Shown: piece by piece, positions 17,589-26,374 of the stretch
How the letters are laid out: every line of letters starts with the position of its first letter
How positions within the stretch are numbered: the first letter of the stretch is position 1
Assembly: GCA_051002015.1 (NCBI GenBank)
Contig: JBPCMS010000012.1
Span: 1,169 to 65,168 of the forward strand
Direction of reading: 5' to 3'
DNA from: Acidimicrobiia bacterium
GTDB lineage: Bacteria > Actinomycetota > Acidimicrobiia > Spongiisociales > UBA5794
Length of the DNA stretch: 64,000 bases
The notes under the pieces: model-generated
Told to the model about the DNA's origin: nothing
The model's database searches: none
What the model saw: only the letters and a program-made list of their open reading frames with translations
Made by a program: the position numbers and the translations under genes

Positions 17589-17879
17589 CTACCGCGACCC
17601 CGACCGGGTCACCCGTCCCTTCCCGATCCGCACCCCGTCGGCGCGGAGGAGCTCGGCCTGGAGCTGCTCCTCGCCGGGAACCAGGCGGCCGTCGACCGTC
17701 ACCACCCGCCACCACGGCAGCCCGGGGACTGCCCCGAGCACGTTGCCTACGGCCCGGGCCGCACCGGGGAAGCCGGCCTCGGCGGCGACCTCGCCGTACG
17801 CCATCACCTCGCCGGGCGGGATCGACTCGATCACCTCGATCACCCGCTCGGTGAAGTCGCTCCCGGTTTCCTCGCTCAT
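17589..17879 (-). CDS. Alkyltransferase-like protein (MGMT DNA-binding domain lacking the acceptor cysteine)
   Basis: Contains IPPGEVMAYGEVA (HTH) and NVLG...LPWWRVV, where MGMT proteins carry PCHRV. It is only 96 aa, with no N-terminal MGMT domain. Confidence 0.75.
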   Translation of the reverse strand: MSEETGSDFTERVIEVIESIPPGEVMAYGEVAAEAGFPGAARAVGNVLGAVPGLPWWRVVTVDGRLVPGEEQLQAELLRADGVRIGKGRVTRSGSR

Positions 17880-17910
17880 GGCCGCAAGCTACCGCATCTC
17901 GCCGCGGCCG

Positions 17911-18190
17911 AAGCCTCAGCGGATTCGTGTCGTGGCGACACCCTGGAACCTCAGGTTCAACATCAGCGGATTACGTGTCGTGGCGACACCCAGGAGCCTC
18001 AGGTTCAAGGTGGAAGCTCGTATCGGTCTCGAACTTCATGGATTGGTACTCGCCAGGGGTACGCAGAACCTCAGGTTCGGCGATCCGCCTCAACATCAGC
18101 GGATTACGTGTCGTGGCGACACCCTGGAACCTGAGGTTCAACATCAGCGGATCGCGTGTTGTGGCGACACCCAGGAGCCTTAGGTTCGGC
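17911..18190 (+). repeat. R48 interspersed repeat array (four A-type units plus one B-type core variant)
   Basis: Head-to-tail units lie at about 17911-17957, 17958-18005, 18091-18138 and 18139-18186. A variant unit with the core ggtactcgccaggggtac lies at 18031-18077. Confidence 0.85.
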
Positions 18191-18361
18191 GGTTCTCCCA
18201 ACTTCAGGGGGACGGGACTTCCGCATGTTCCGGGCAGCGGACGGCACCGCCGCCTTCGCCGCCGCCCTCGACGGACCCCGCTTCCCGGACCCGTGATCGG
18301 CTGAGCACGGCCACCGGTCCCTGGAGAGACGACGGGCGGGCCCTCCTACACTTTGCCGGCG

Positions 18362-19699
18362 ATGTTCGACAGCATCTCCAACAGGCTGGGCGAGGTCTTC
18401 ACCCGCCTGCGGGCCAAGGGCAGGTTGACCGACGCCGACGTCGACGCCTCGCTGCGCGAGGTGCGGTTGGCTCTGCTCGAGGCAGACGTGAACGTCGCCG
18501 TTGCCAAGACGCTGCTGGAGCGGGTGCGGGCCCGGGCCGTTGGCACCGAGGTGATGGGGAGCCTGACCCCCGGCCAGCAGGTCATCAAGATCGTTCACGA
18601 GGAGCTGCTCGCCACCCTGGGCGATGAGGCCCCGCTGACCCGCCCCTCGGCGCCTCCCCTGGTCATCCTCATCGCCGGCCTCCAGGGCTCGGGCAAGACC
18701 ACCACCGCCGCCAAGCTGGCCAAGCACCTCAAGTCGAAGGGGCGCCGCCCCCTGCTGGTCGCCGCCGACCTGCAGCGCCCCGCCGCCATCGACCAGCTGG
18801 AGACGCTGGGGCGCAGGATCGATGTGCCGGTCTTCGCCGACCGCAGGACCAGGCCCGCCCGTCTGGCCAAGGCGGCGGTGAAGTACGCCAGACAGGAAGG
18901 GCTCAACGTCGTCATCATCGACACCGCCGGCCGGCTCCAGATCGACGAGGAGTTGATGAAGGAGCTGGCCGCCGTCGAGAAGGTGGCCGAGCCGCACGAG
19001 GTGCTGCTGGTCGTCGATGCCATGACCGGTCAGGAGGCGGTGAACGTCGCCAAGGGGTTCGGGGCGAAGACCAGGCTGACCGGGCTGGTGCTGACCAAGC
19101 TCGACGGTGATGCCAGGGGAGGGGCGGCGATCTCGGCCCGCCAGGTCACCGGGAAGCCGATCAAGTTCGTCGGTCTCGGAGAAGGGCTCGACGACCTCGA
19201 CGTCTTCTATCCGGAGCGGATGGCGTCGCGGATCCTGGGGATGGGTGACGTTCTCACCCTGATCGAGAAGGCGGAACAGGTGTACGACCAGGGCCAGGCG
19301 GCGGTGGCGGTGGAGAAGCTACGCACCGCCAGGTTCGACCTGAGCGACTTCCTCGAGCAGTTCCAGCAGATCCGGAAGATGGGGCCGCTGCAGCAGTTGG
19401 TTAGTATGCTGCCCGGCGCCGGGCAGATGCTGCGCAACGTCGAGGTCGACGAGCGCGATCTGAACCGGGTCGAGGCGATCATCCGCTCGATGACACCGGC
19501 GGAGCGGCGCGATCCCAGAACCATCAACGGGAGTCGCAAGCGCCGCATCGCCACCGGCTCGGGAACGCGGCCGCAGGACGTCAACGCCGTCCTGAAGCAG
19601 TTCTCGGAAGCACAGAAGATGATGAAGGCCATCGCCGGCGGACGCAGCCCGATACCAGGGCTGACCGCACCGGGGATGGGCCGCAGGAGGAAGAGGTGA
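18362..19699 (+). CDS. ffh: Signal recognition particle protein Ffh
   Basis: [13 protein letters not shown]..., [30 protein letters not shown], and an M domain. ATG 18362 lies 9 nt inside the track ORF. Confidence 0.93.
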   Translation: MFDSISNRLGEVFTRLRAKGRLTDADVDASLREVRLALLEADVNVAVAKTLLERVRARAVGTEVMGSLTPGQQVIKIVHEELLATLGDEAPLTRPSAPPLVILIAGLQGSGKTTTAAKLAKHLKSKGRRPLLVAADLQRPAAIDQLETLGRRIDVPVFADRRTRPARLAKAAVKYARQEGLNVVIIDTAGRLQIDEELMKELAAVEKVAEPHEVLLVVDAMTGQEAVNVAKGFGAKTRLTGLVLTKLDGDARGGAAISARQVTGKPIKFVGLGEGLDDLDVFYPERMASRILGMGDVLTLIEKAEQVYDQGQAAVAVEKLRTARFDLSDFLEQFQQIRKMGPLQQLVSMLPGAGQMLRNVEVDERDLNRVEAIIRSMTPAERRDPRTINGSRKRRIATGSGTRPQDVNAVLKQFSEAQKMMKAIAGGRSPIPGLTAPGMGRRRKR

Positions 19700-19703
19700 C
19701 GGT

Positions 19704-20558
19704 ATGTCGGTGAGGATCCGCCTGACGCGGATGGGCAAGAAGAAGCAACCCACATACCGCGTCGTGGTGACGGACTCGCGCCGGCCGCGCGACGGGGCGT
19801 ACATCGAGCAGATCGGTGTCTACGACCCGCGCCGGGCGCCGAGCCTCATCGAGATCGACAACGACCGGGCGCTGGACTGGCTGCGCAAGGGCGCCCAGCC
19901 GTCGGATCGGGCCCGCAAGCTGCTGGAGATCTCGGGGGCATGGACCCGGTTCCGCATCGCCAAGGGTGACATCCACACCATCGACGACCGTGCCCAGGCG
20001 CCGGCTCCGGCGGTCGTTCCGGCTCCGGAGGCCCCCGCTGACGCGGTCGACGAGACCGCCGCCGTGGCCACCGAGCCATTCGAAACGGTGGCCGAGACCG
20101 CCGATGACGCCGCCCGGGCCGCGATGGACCCCGGCGAGGTGGCTCCAACCGGTGCCACGGAGGCCGAGAGCCCGGCAGATGTTGCAGGCGATCCAGCCGT
20201 GGCCGAGACCGCCGATGACGCCGCCGCGGTGGGCCACGGAGAGGTGGCTGGGACCGCCGCCGATGACGCCGCAGGCGATCCGGCCGGGTCCGAGACCGCC
20301 GATGACGCCGCCGGGGCCGCGGCCGACCCCGACGACGTGACTGCGACTGGTGCCACGGTGGCCGAGAGCCCCGCCGATGACGCCGCCGGCGATCCGGCCG
20401 GGGCCGAGACCGCCGATGACGCCGCCGGCGAGGCTGCGATTGACGCCGGCGAGGTGGCTGCGACCGAGGCCGATGACGCCGCAGGCGAACCCGCAGACGA
20501 TCCAGCCGCAGACGATCCAGCCGCCAGCGAGCCCGCCGATGAGGAGAAGCAGGAATGA
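19704..20558 (+). CDS. rpsP: 30S ribosomal protein S16 with a ~190-aa acidic repeat tail
   Basis: MSVRIRLTRMGKKKQPTYRVVV... is the S16 core. From about nt 19986 onward there is an A/D/E/T/P-rich tail with four copies of gagaccgccgatgacgccgcc. Confidence 0.85.
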   Translation: MSVRIRLTRMGKKKQPTYRVVVTDSRRPRDGAYIEQIGVYDPRRAPSLIEIDNDRALDWLRKGAQPSDRARKLLEISGAWTRFRIAKGDIHTIDDRAQAPAPAVVPAPEAPADAVDETAAVATEPFETVAETADDAARAAMDPGEVAPTGATEAESPADVAGDPAVAETADDAAAVGHGEVAGTAADDAAGDPAGSETADDAAGAAADPDDVTATGATVAESPADDAAGDPAGAETADDAAGEAAIDAGEVAATEADDAAGEPADDPAADDPAASEPADEEKQE

Positions 20559-20806
20559 CCAAGCCCGAGATCGCCGAGCGGGTGCTCCGCTACGTCGTCG
20601 AGAACATCGTCGACGAGCCGACCGCCATCCAGATCGAGATGATCGAGGAGGGCGACGCCGCCGCCACCGCCGAGGTGAAGACCGCCAAGGGTGACATGGG
20701 ACGCGTCATCGGCCGCAGGGGCAGGACCGCCCGCTCCATCCGCACCGTCACCTCCGCCGCCGGTGAGGAGGAGGGCTTCGACGTCAGGGTCGAGTTCCTC
20801 GACTGA
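20555..20806 (+). CDS. KH-domain RNA-binding protein (UPF0109/YlqC)
   Basis: Contains the GRVIGRRGRTARSIR GXXG KH motif. ATGA overlap with rpsP, in the conserved operon position. Confidence 0.8.
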   Translation: MTKPEIAERVLRYVVENIVDEPTAIQIEMIEEGDAAATAEVKTAKGDMGRVIGRRGRTARSIRTVTSAAGEEEGFDVRVEFLD

Positions 20807-20813
20807 CCGCGCC

Positions 20814-21320
20814 ATGACCGAGCCGCCAGTCACCGTTGGATTCGTCAAACGCGCCCACGGCATCCGCGGCGGTGTCCTGGTGTCGTCGACCTCCGATCAT
20901 CCCGGCCGGTTCAGTCCGGGCAGCGTGCTCCGGGTCTCGGGATCGGCGGAGGACGTCGCCGTCGTCGGCTCCCAACCACACACCGAGGGCGTCATCCTCT
21001 ACCTCGATGGGGTCACCGATCGCACCACCGCCGAAGCCCTGCGTCACCATTCCCTCACGATCGCTCCCTCCGCCCGCCGGCCGCTCTCCGACGACGAGTG
21101 GTGGCCGGAGGATCTGGTTGGCCTCCCCGCCGTCACCCCCGACGGCGCCCCGCTCGGCACCGTCACCGACGTGGTGCTCGGCGGCGCCCAGGACCGGCTG
21201 GTGGTGGCCACCCCGGATGGCGGCATCGTCGAGGTCCCTTTCGTCGCTGCCCTCGTCCCCGGTGTCACCGCCGAGGCGGTCACCATCGACCCGCCCGATG
21301 GCCTGTTCGAACCCGACTGA
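20814..21320 (+). CDS. rimM: Ribosome maturation factor RimM
   Basis: VTVGFVKRAHGIRGGVLV... and a PRC-barrel C-terminus. ATG 20814 lies inside track ORF 20691. Confidence 0.85.
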   Translation: MTEPPVTVGFVKRAHGIRGGVLVSSTSDHPGRFSPGSVLRVSGSAEDVAVVGSQPHTEGVILYLDGVTDRTTAEALRHHSLTIAPSARRPLSDDEWWPEDLVGLPAVTPDGAPLGTVTDVVLGGAQDRLVVATPDGGIVEVPFVAALVPGVTAEAVTIDPPDGLFEPD

Positions 21321-21326
21321 GCGGGG

Positions 21327-22226
21327 CTACTGCAGATCGAGCAGGATGCGGATGCGGCGGGGCTCGGCATCGGGCACGGCGCTCTCCACCACCAGCTCGA
21401 CGGTCCCGATGGGGCCGGATGCCACGGTCGCCTCGAACTCCGCCCACGGGGTCCCGTTGCCCGCCAGCTCCGCCTCGATCGGTGCGGGGATACCGCCCTC
21501 GCTGATCCCGACGGTGACCGACGCCGCCGTGGTGTAGCCGTTGACCAGCAGCGGGTAGGCGGCCACCCCGCCCCGCGGGGTCAACACCACGGTGTCGAAG
21601 CTCCCCGCCGGTGGGCTGACCAGGGGACGATCGCCGACGGCGCGCACGTCAACGACCAGCCGGGCCGGGGCGCCAGCGAAGAAGCTCCGGGCCCGCACCC
21701 CCCTGGTGGCGTCCAGGTGGAGGTCGATGGCGAGCGAGCCCTCGATCAGACCGACGACGACCGCCCTGGTGATCACGGTGCCGTCGACGGTGGCCTCGGC
21801 CAGAGACGTGGCAACCACGGCGGTCGGCAACCGTACCCGCAGGATGCCGCGGCCGGGGAGCAGCTCGACCGTGGTCGGCCCCAGCGACGAGGCGGGGGAG
21901 CCGCCGGCTGTGGCGAACCCGACCACGAACCGGTCGCATCCCAGCTCGGTATCCCAACGCAGCTCGTTGACGGCGGCGGCGTCTGCGCTCCCGGTCCCCA
22001 TGGTGGCGATCACACCGTCGTCGACGAAGTCGAGGTCGCCGGTGGCGCACTCCGGCCCGCCCGTGATGTCCGTGACCTGCGCCGCCGTCGTGGTCGGGGG
22101 AGGGAGCGTGGCCACGGTCGGATCGGTGTCCCCGGCGAGCACGCCACAGGCCGAGACGAGGAGGATCCCAGCGAGGACGGGGAGCGCCGGGCGATGGAGA
22201 CGCCGCCGGGTGGGGGATAGGGGCAC
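21327..22226 (-). CDS. Secreted lipoprotein, AMIN/GerM-like plus Gmad2-like Ig domains
   Basis: Has a signal peptide with a lipobox (LLVSAC). The central ...RLVVDVR... beta-rich segment and C-terminal ...GTPWAEFEATVASGP... resemble a Gmad2 domain; the domain assignment comes from pattern memory only. Confidence 0.65.
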   Translation of the reverse strand: MPLSPTRRRLHRPALPVLAGILLVSACGVLAGDTDPTVATLPPPTTTAAQVTDITGGPECATGDLDFVDDGVIATMGTGSADAAAVNELRWDTELGCDRFVVGFATAGGSPASSLGPTTVELLPGRGILRVRLPTAVVATSLAEATVDGTVITRAVVVGLIEGSLAIDLHLDATRGVRARSFFAGAPARLVVDVRAVGDRPLVSPPAGSFDTVVLTPRGGVAAYPLLVNGYTTAASVTVGISEGGIPAPIEAELAGNGTPWAEFEATVASGPIGTVELVVESAVPDAEPRRIRILLDLQ

Positions 22227-22286
22227 CGCGGCGAGGTTACCGGCGGGTCAGGGACGGGACCGGCCTGCGCCCGCTACCTTGCGCCG

Positions 22287-24038
22287 ATGGAACCAGCGGC
22301 ACCCCATCTCGGCACCTACGACCTCGTCGTGGTCGGGGGGACGCTGGCCGGTCTGTCCCTGGCGGTGCAGGCCAGGGAGGCGGGGGTGACCCGCCTGCTG
22401 ATCATCGAGCCGGACGAGTCGGTGACCGCCCCCGAGGTGGTGGGTCAGCACGCCCTGACCGTCGAGTACCAGGCACCGCTCCTTTCCATCGCCACCACGG
22501 GCGACAGGGTGGAGGTGACCACCGATCGCTTCACCGCCACCGCCACCGCCGTAGTGTTGGCGGACCGGACCGAGCTACCTTCGCCACCGCCCGACTTCCC
22601 CATCCCGGACGCCATCGCCGACCGGGTCCATCTGGTTCCCCCCGATCTCGACCTGTCAGGCTCCGACGTGCTCGTGGTCGGCGTCGACGACGGCGCCGCC
22701 GAGGAGACGCTGCGCATCGCCGACATGGGCGGGGGCGTCGTGGTGTGCCTCGGCGGCGCCGATCTCGCCCATTTCTCCCGGCTCGCCTCGCGCAAGCTGC
22801 TCCGCCTCGAGGCGGAGCGACGGGCGACGATCCTGTGGAAGGCGCTGCCCGCAGCCATCGACGAGGTAGGCGACTTCCCCATGGTCGACTTCGGAGACAG
22901 GCAGATGCCGACCCTGCAGTTCGACCATGTCGTGTTCCGGATCCCGCCCACCCCGTTGGTCACCTCGGCGGTCGACGTGGCCGAGGATGCCGCCGTGTTC
23001 GCCATCGGCCCCGCCCCGATCGAGGGCGATGCGGTGCATCTGTCCCCCGGTGAGGCATGGGACGTCATCCGCACCCTCCGCTTCCCCGATCTCCCCGAAC
23101 CGGCGACGACCCGTGTCGTCGGCGGTGCCGACGAGCGGGTCGAGTCGCTTCGGGCCGAGCACTACAACGCCACCATCACCCGCTTCGACCGCACCCACTC
23201 GGACCTGTGGCTGCTCAGGATCCGCCCCGACCGGGGCGACACCACCCGCCACCTCGCCGGGCAGTACGCCTCGTTCGGGCTGGGCTACTGGGAGCCGAGG
23301 GCGGACGCCGCCCGCGAGCCCAACCTGGACCGCGTGTGGGACAAGCTGATCCGCCGCTCGTACTCGATCTCGAGCCCGATCCTCGAGCCGACCGGGTATC
23401 TCACCGACGCCGACACCGACGAGCTGGAGTTCTACGTGGTGCTGGTACCCCCGGGCGACGACCGGATCCCGGCGTTGACCCCCCGGCTGGCGCTGAAGAG
23501 CCCAGGGGACCGGATCTACCTTGGGCCCAAGATTGCCGGCCGTTACACGCTCGGTCACGTCACCGACCCGAACACCCAGGTGATCTTCCTCGCCACCGGC
23601 ACCGGCGAGGCCCCACACAACGCCATGCTGGCCGAACTGCTCCGCAAGGGCCACACCGGGGCCATCGTGTCGGTGGTGACCGTTCGTTACCGCCGCGACC
23701 TGGCCTACCACGACATCCACGGGCAGCTGGCCGAGCGCTTCGGCAACTACTGGTACCTCCCATTGGTGACCAGGGAGGAAGGCGTGCCCAGGCGCTACAT
23801 CCAGGACCTGTTCCGCGACGGGACCATCGACCGGATGCTCCCCGCCGGGCTCGACCCGAGCGCCACCCACGTCTTCGCCTGCGGCAACCCGGCGATGATC
23901 GGTCTGCCCGAGCCGGGGGAGGACGGCGAGCTCGAGTTCCCCAGACCCGAGGGCATCGCTGAGATCCTGGACCGCATGGGGTTCACCCTCGACCGCCGCG
24001 GCGCCCCCGGCAACGTCCACTTCGAGGAGTACTGGTAG
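22287..24038 (+). CDS. Two-module flavoprotein: N-terminal FAD/NAD(P) Rossmann oxidoreductase-like domain fused to a C-terminal ferredoxin-NADP+ reductase (Fpr-type) domain
   Basis: The N-terminus has YDLVVVGGTLAGLSLA (GxGxxG). The C-terminal half has RSYSISS (RxYS FAD motif), FLATGTGEAPHNAM (NADP site), ACGNPAM and a terminal ...HFEEYW aromatic stack. Confidence 0.75.
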   Translation: MEPAAPHLGTYDLVVVGGTLAGLSLAVQAREAGVTRLLIIEPDESVTAPEVVGQHALTVEYQAPLLSIATTGDRVEVTTDRFTATATAVVLADRTELPSPPPDFPIPDAIADRVHLVPPDLDLSGSDVLVVGVDDGAAEETLRIADMGGGVVVCLGGADLAHFSRLASRKLLRLEAERRATILWKALPAAIDEVGDFPMVDFGDRQMPTLQFDHVVFRIPPTPLVTSAVDVAEDAAVFAIGPAPIEGDAVHLSPGEAWDVIRTLRFPDLPEPATTRVVGGADERVESLRAEHYNATITRFDRTHSDLWLLRIRPDRGDTTRHLAGQYASFGLGYWEPRADAAREPNLDRVWDKLIRRSYSISSPILEPTGYLTDADTDELEFYVVLVPPGDDRIPALTPRLALKSPGDRIYLGPKIAGRYTLGHVTDPNTQVIFLATGTGEAPHNAMLAELLRKGHTGAIVSVVTVRYRRDLAYHDIHGQLAERFGNYWYLPLVTREEGVPRRYIQDLFRDGTIDRMLPAGLDPSATHVFACGNPAMIGLPEPGEDGELEFPRPEGIAEILDRMGFTLDRRGAPGNVHFEEYW

Positions 24039-25250
24039 ATGGACCCGCACGACAGCCGGGCCGAGGCGGCCTTCAGGGCCGAGGCGAGGGCGTTTCTCGC
24101 CGCCAATGCCCGGCCGCTCCCGGCGGCGGCGCTCGCCCTGTCATCGATCGTCGCCGAGTGGTCCCCGGACGAGGAAGCGTCCCGTCTCGAGCGGGCACGG
24201 CGCTGGCAGGCGGTGAAGCACGCCGCCGGCTGGGCCGGGATCACCTGGCCAACGGAGTACGGCGGCCGCCCCGGCACCCTGATCGAGAACCTCATCTTCC
24301 AGACCGAGGAGGCCGGGTTCGACGTGCCCCACGACGCCCTGCTGGTCGGGCTCGGCTGGTGCGGACCCGCCGTCCTCCAGCACGGGACCCGGGAGCAGCG
24401 CCACCGGCTGCTCCCCCCGCTGCTGCGCGGTGAGGAGGTGTGGTGCCAGCTGTTCTCCGAGCCGGGGGCGGGTTCAGATCTCGCCGGGCTGTCCACCACG
24501 GCGGTCGCCGACGGCGACGAATGGGTGATCGACGGGCAGAAGGTGTGGACCACCTTCGCGCACCGCTCGGACTGGGGGCTGTGCATCGCCCGCCACGACC
24601 CCGACGCCTCGCGCCACGCCGGGCTCACCGCCTTCATGGTGGACATGCACGCCCCCGGCGTCACCGCCCGTCCCATCCGCCAGATCACCAACTCGTCCAA
24701 CTTCAACGAGGTGTTCCTCGACGGGGTCAGGGTGCCGGACACGATGCGGATCGGCGCCGTCGGCGACGGGTGGCGGGTGGTGATGTCCACCTTCATGTGG
24801 GAGCGGTTCAACGTGATCACCGGAGGGTCACGGATCATCCCCGGGCTCGGCGACCTGCTCCGCTCCACCGGCGCCGCCGGCGACCCGTTGATCCGGTGCC
24901 GCTACGCCGGGCTGTACGCCAGGGGGGAGTCGCTTCGCTACACGCTGCTCCGGCTGATGACCGCCCTGTCCCGGGGCCAACTCCCCGGCCCCGAGGGGTC
25001 GGTGATGAAGCTGGTGGCAACCGATCTGCTCACCGACATCTTCGATCTGGCCCTCGACGCCCTCGGCCCCGAGGGCATGGGCAGCGGGATGGGTGACGGG
25101 AAGGGCGACGTCTGGGAGGGCCAGTGGCACTCCGGGTTCGCCGGAGCTCCCGGGATGCGCATCGGCGGCGGCACCGACGACATCCAGCGCAACATCATCG
25201 CCGAACGGGTGCTCGGACTCCCCAGGGACCCGCCACCCGACCGTTCCTGA
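24039..25250 (+). CDS. Acyl-CoA dehydrogenase
   Basis: Contains ...WCQLFSEPGAGSDLAGLSTTAVADGDEWVIDGQKVWTT... and ...GGTDDIQRNIIAERVLGLP. The ATG directly follows the stop of the preceding gene. Confidence 0.88.
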   Translation: MDPHDSRAEAAFRAEARAFLAANARPLPAAALALSSIVAEWSPDEEASRLERARRWQAVKHAAGWAGITWPTEYGGRPGTLIENLIFQTEEAGFDVPHDALLVGLGWCGPAVLQHGTREQRHRLLPPLLRGEEVWCQLFSEPGAGSDLAGLSTTAVADGDEWVIDGQKVWTTFAHRSDWGLCIARHDPDASRHAGLTAFMVDMHAPGVTARPIRQITNSSNFNEVFLDGVRVPDTMRIGAVGDGWRVVMSTFMWERFNVITGGSRIIPGLGDLLRSTGAAGDPLIRCRYAGLYARGESLRYTLLRLMTALSRGQLPGPEGSVMKLVATDLLTDIFDLALDALGPEGMGSGMGDGKGDVWEGQWHSGFAGAPGMRIGGGTDDIQRNIIAERVLGLPRDPPPDRS

Positions 25251-25274
25251 CCCTCCCGCACTTACCCTGGCGGG

Positions 25275-25967
25275 GTGCGCATCGTGGTCGTCACCCTTTT
25301 CCCCGAGTTCTTCGGGTCGCCGCTCGACACCAGCCTGGTGGGGAAGGCCCGCGCCGCCGGGCAGCTCACCGTCGAGCTGGTCGATCTGCGCCGGTGGGGC
25401 AAGGGCGTCCATCGCCAGGTCGACGACGCCCCGTTCGGCGGCGGGCCCGGCATGGTGCTGATGGTCGAGCCCCTGGCCGGTGCCCTCGATCCTCTGGCGG
25501 ACACCCACCGGGTGCTGCTTGGCGTCGCGGGGTACCGCCTCACCCAGGCAACGCTGGACCGGTGGAGCCGTCTTCCCGAGCTGACGCTGGTGTGCGGACG
25601 CTATGAGGGTGTCGACGAGCGGGTGGCGACTCACCTGGTCGACGAGGAGGTCTCGCTCGGCGACTACGTGCTGCTCGGCGGCGAGGTGGGGGCGCTGGCC
25701 ATCATCGAGGGGGTCACCAGGCTGCTTCCGGGAGTGGTGGGCAACCCGGGCTCGATCGCCTCGGAGAGTTTCCGCCACGGGCTTCTCGAGGAGGCCCAGT
25801 ACACCCGTCCCGCCGAGTTCCGCGGCTGGACCGTGCCCGACGTGCTGACCTCGGGCGACCATGCCCGGATCGAGGCATGGCGCGGCGAGCAGCGGCTGGC
25901 CCGCACCGGGGAACGGCGTCCCGACCTGCTCGACCCGGATTTCCCGTCCTCGCCGTCCGACGGGTAA
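25275..25967 (+). CDS. trmD: tRNA (guanine37-N1)-methyltransferase TrmD
   Basis: [13 protein letters not shown]..., [25 protein letters not shown]. Confidence 0.92.
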   Translation: MRIVVVTLFPEFFGSPLDTSLVGKARAAGQLTVELVDLRRWGKGVHRQVDDAPFGGGPGMVLMVEPLAGALDPLADTHRVLLGVAGYRLTQATLDRWSRLPELTLVCGRYEGVDERVATHLVDEEVSLGDYVLLGGEVGALAIIEGVTRLLPGVVGNPGSIASESFRHGLLEEAQYTRPAEFRGWTVPDVLTSGDHARIEAWRGEQRLARTGERRPDLLDPDFPSSPSDG

Positions 25968-26009
25968 TATCCCCTTCCGCTTCTTCCCCGTTGTGTCGTG
26001 GAGATCCCC

Positions 26010-26354
26010 GTGAACACGCTCGATCAGATCGAGGCTGCCCAGCTTCGCCACGACCTGCCGGACTTCGGACCGGGTGACACCGTCAAGGTGCATGTGCGGG
26101 TGGTCGAGGGTGGCCGGGAACGGGTGCAGGCGTTCGAGGGCGTGGTCATCGCCCGCAGCGGCGGCGGGCTGCGCGAGACCTTCACCGTCCGCAAGATCAG
26201 CTTCGGTGTAGGGGTCGAGCGCATCTTCCCGGTGCACGCCCCGATCCTCCAGAAGATCGAGGTCACCAGGCGGGGCGACGTGCGCCGCGCCAAGCTCTAC
26301 TACCTGCGGGATCGGGTCGGCAAGGCCGCCCGCATCAAGGAGAAGCGGACCTGA
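26010..26354 (+). CDS. rplS: 50S ribosomal protein L19
   Basis: (M)[33 protein letters not shown]... is an L19 signature. GTG 26010 is preferred; GTG 25998 is the alternative. Confidence 0.9.
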   Translation: MNTLDQIEAAQLRHDLPDFGPGDTVKVHVRVVEGGRERVQAFEGVVIARSGGGLRETFTVRKISFGVGVERIFPVHAPILQKIEVTRRGDVRRAKLYYLRDRVGKAARIKEKRT

Positions 26355-26374
26355 CCGTCCCACGCACCTTCCCG

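Noticed and set aside
17911-18190. Possible CRISPR array (regularly spaced, partly palindromic repeats).
   Set aside because: The units abut each other with no unique spacers, the period equals the repeat length (48 bp), no cas genes are nearby, and copies are dispersed in both orientations. This is a tandem or interspersed repeat, not a CRISPR array.
19816-20863. Overlapping ORFs in other frames and on the other strand across the S16 tail (19816..20340, 19820..20863, 19846..20562).
   Set aside because: They are by-products of the GC-rich tandem repeat. Only the S16 frame is continuous with a recognisable domain and couples to the next gene through ATGA.
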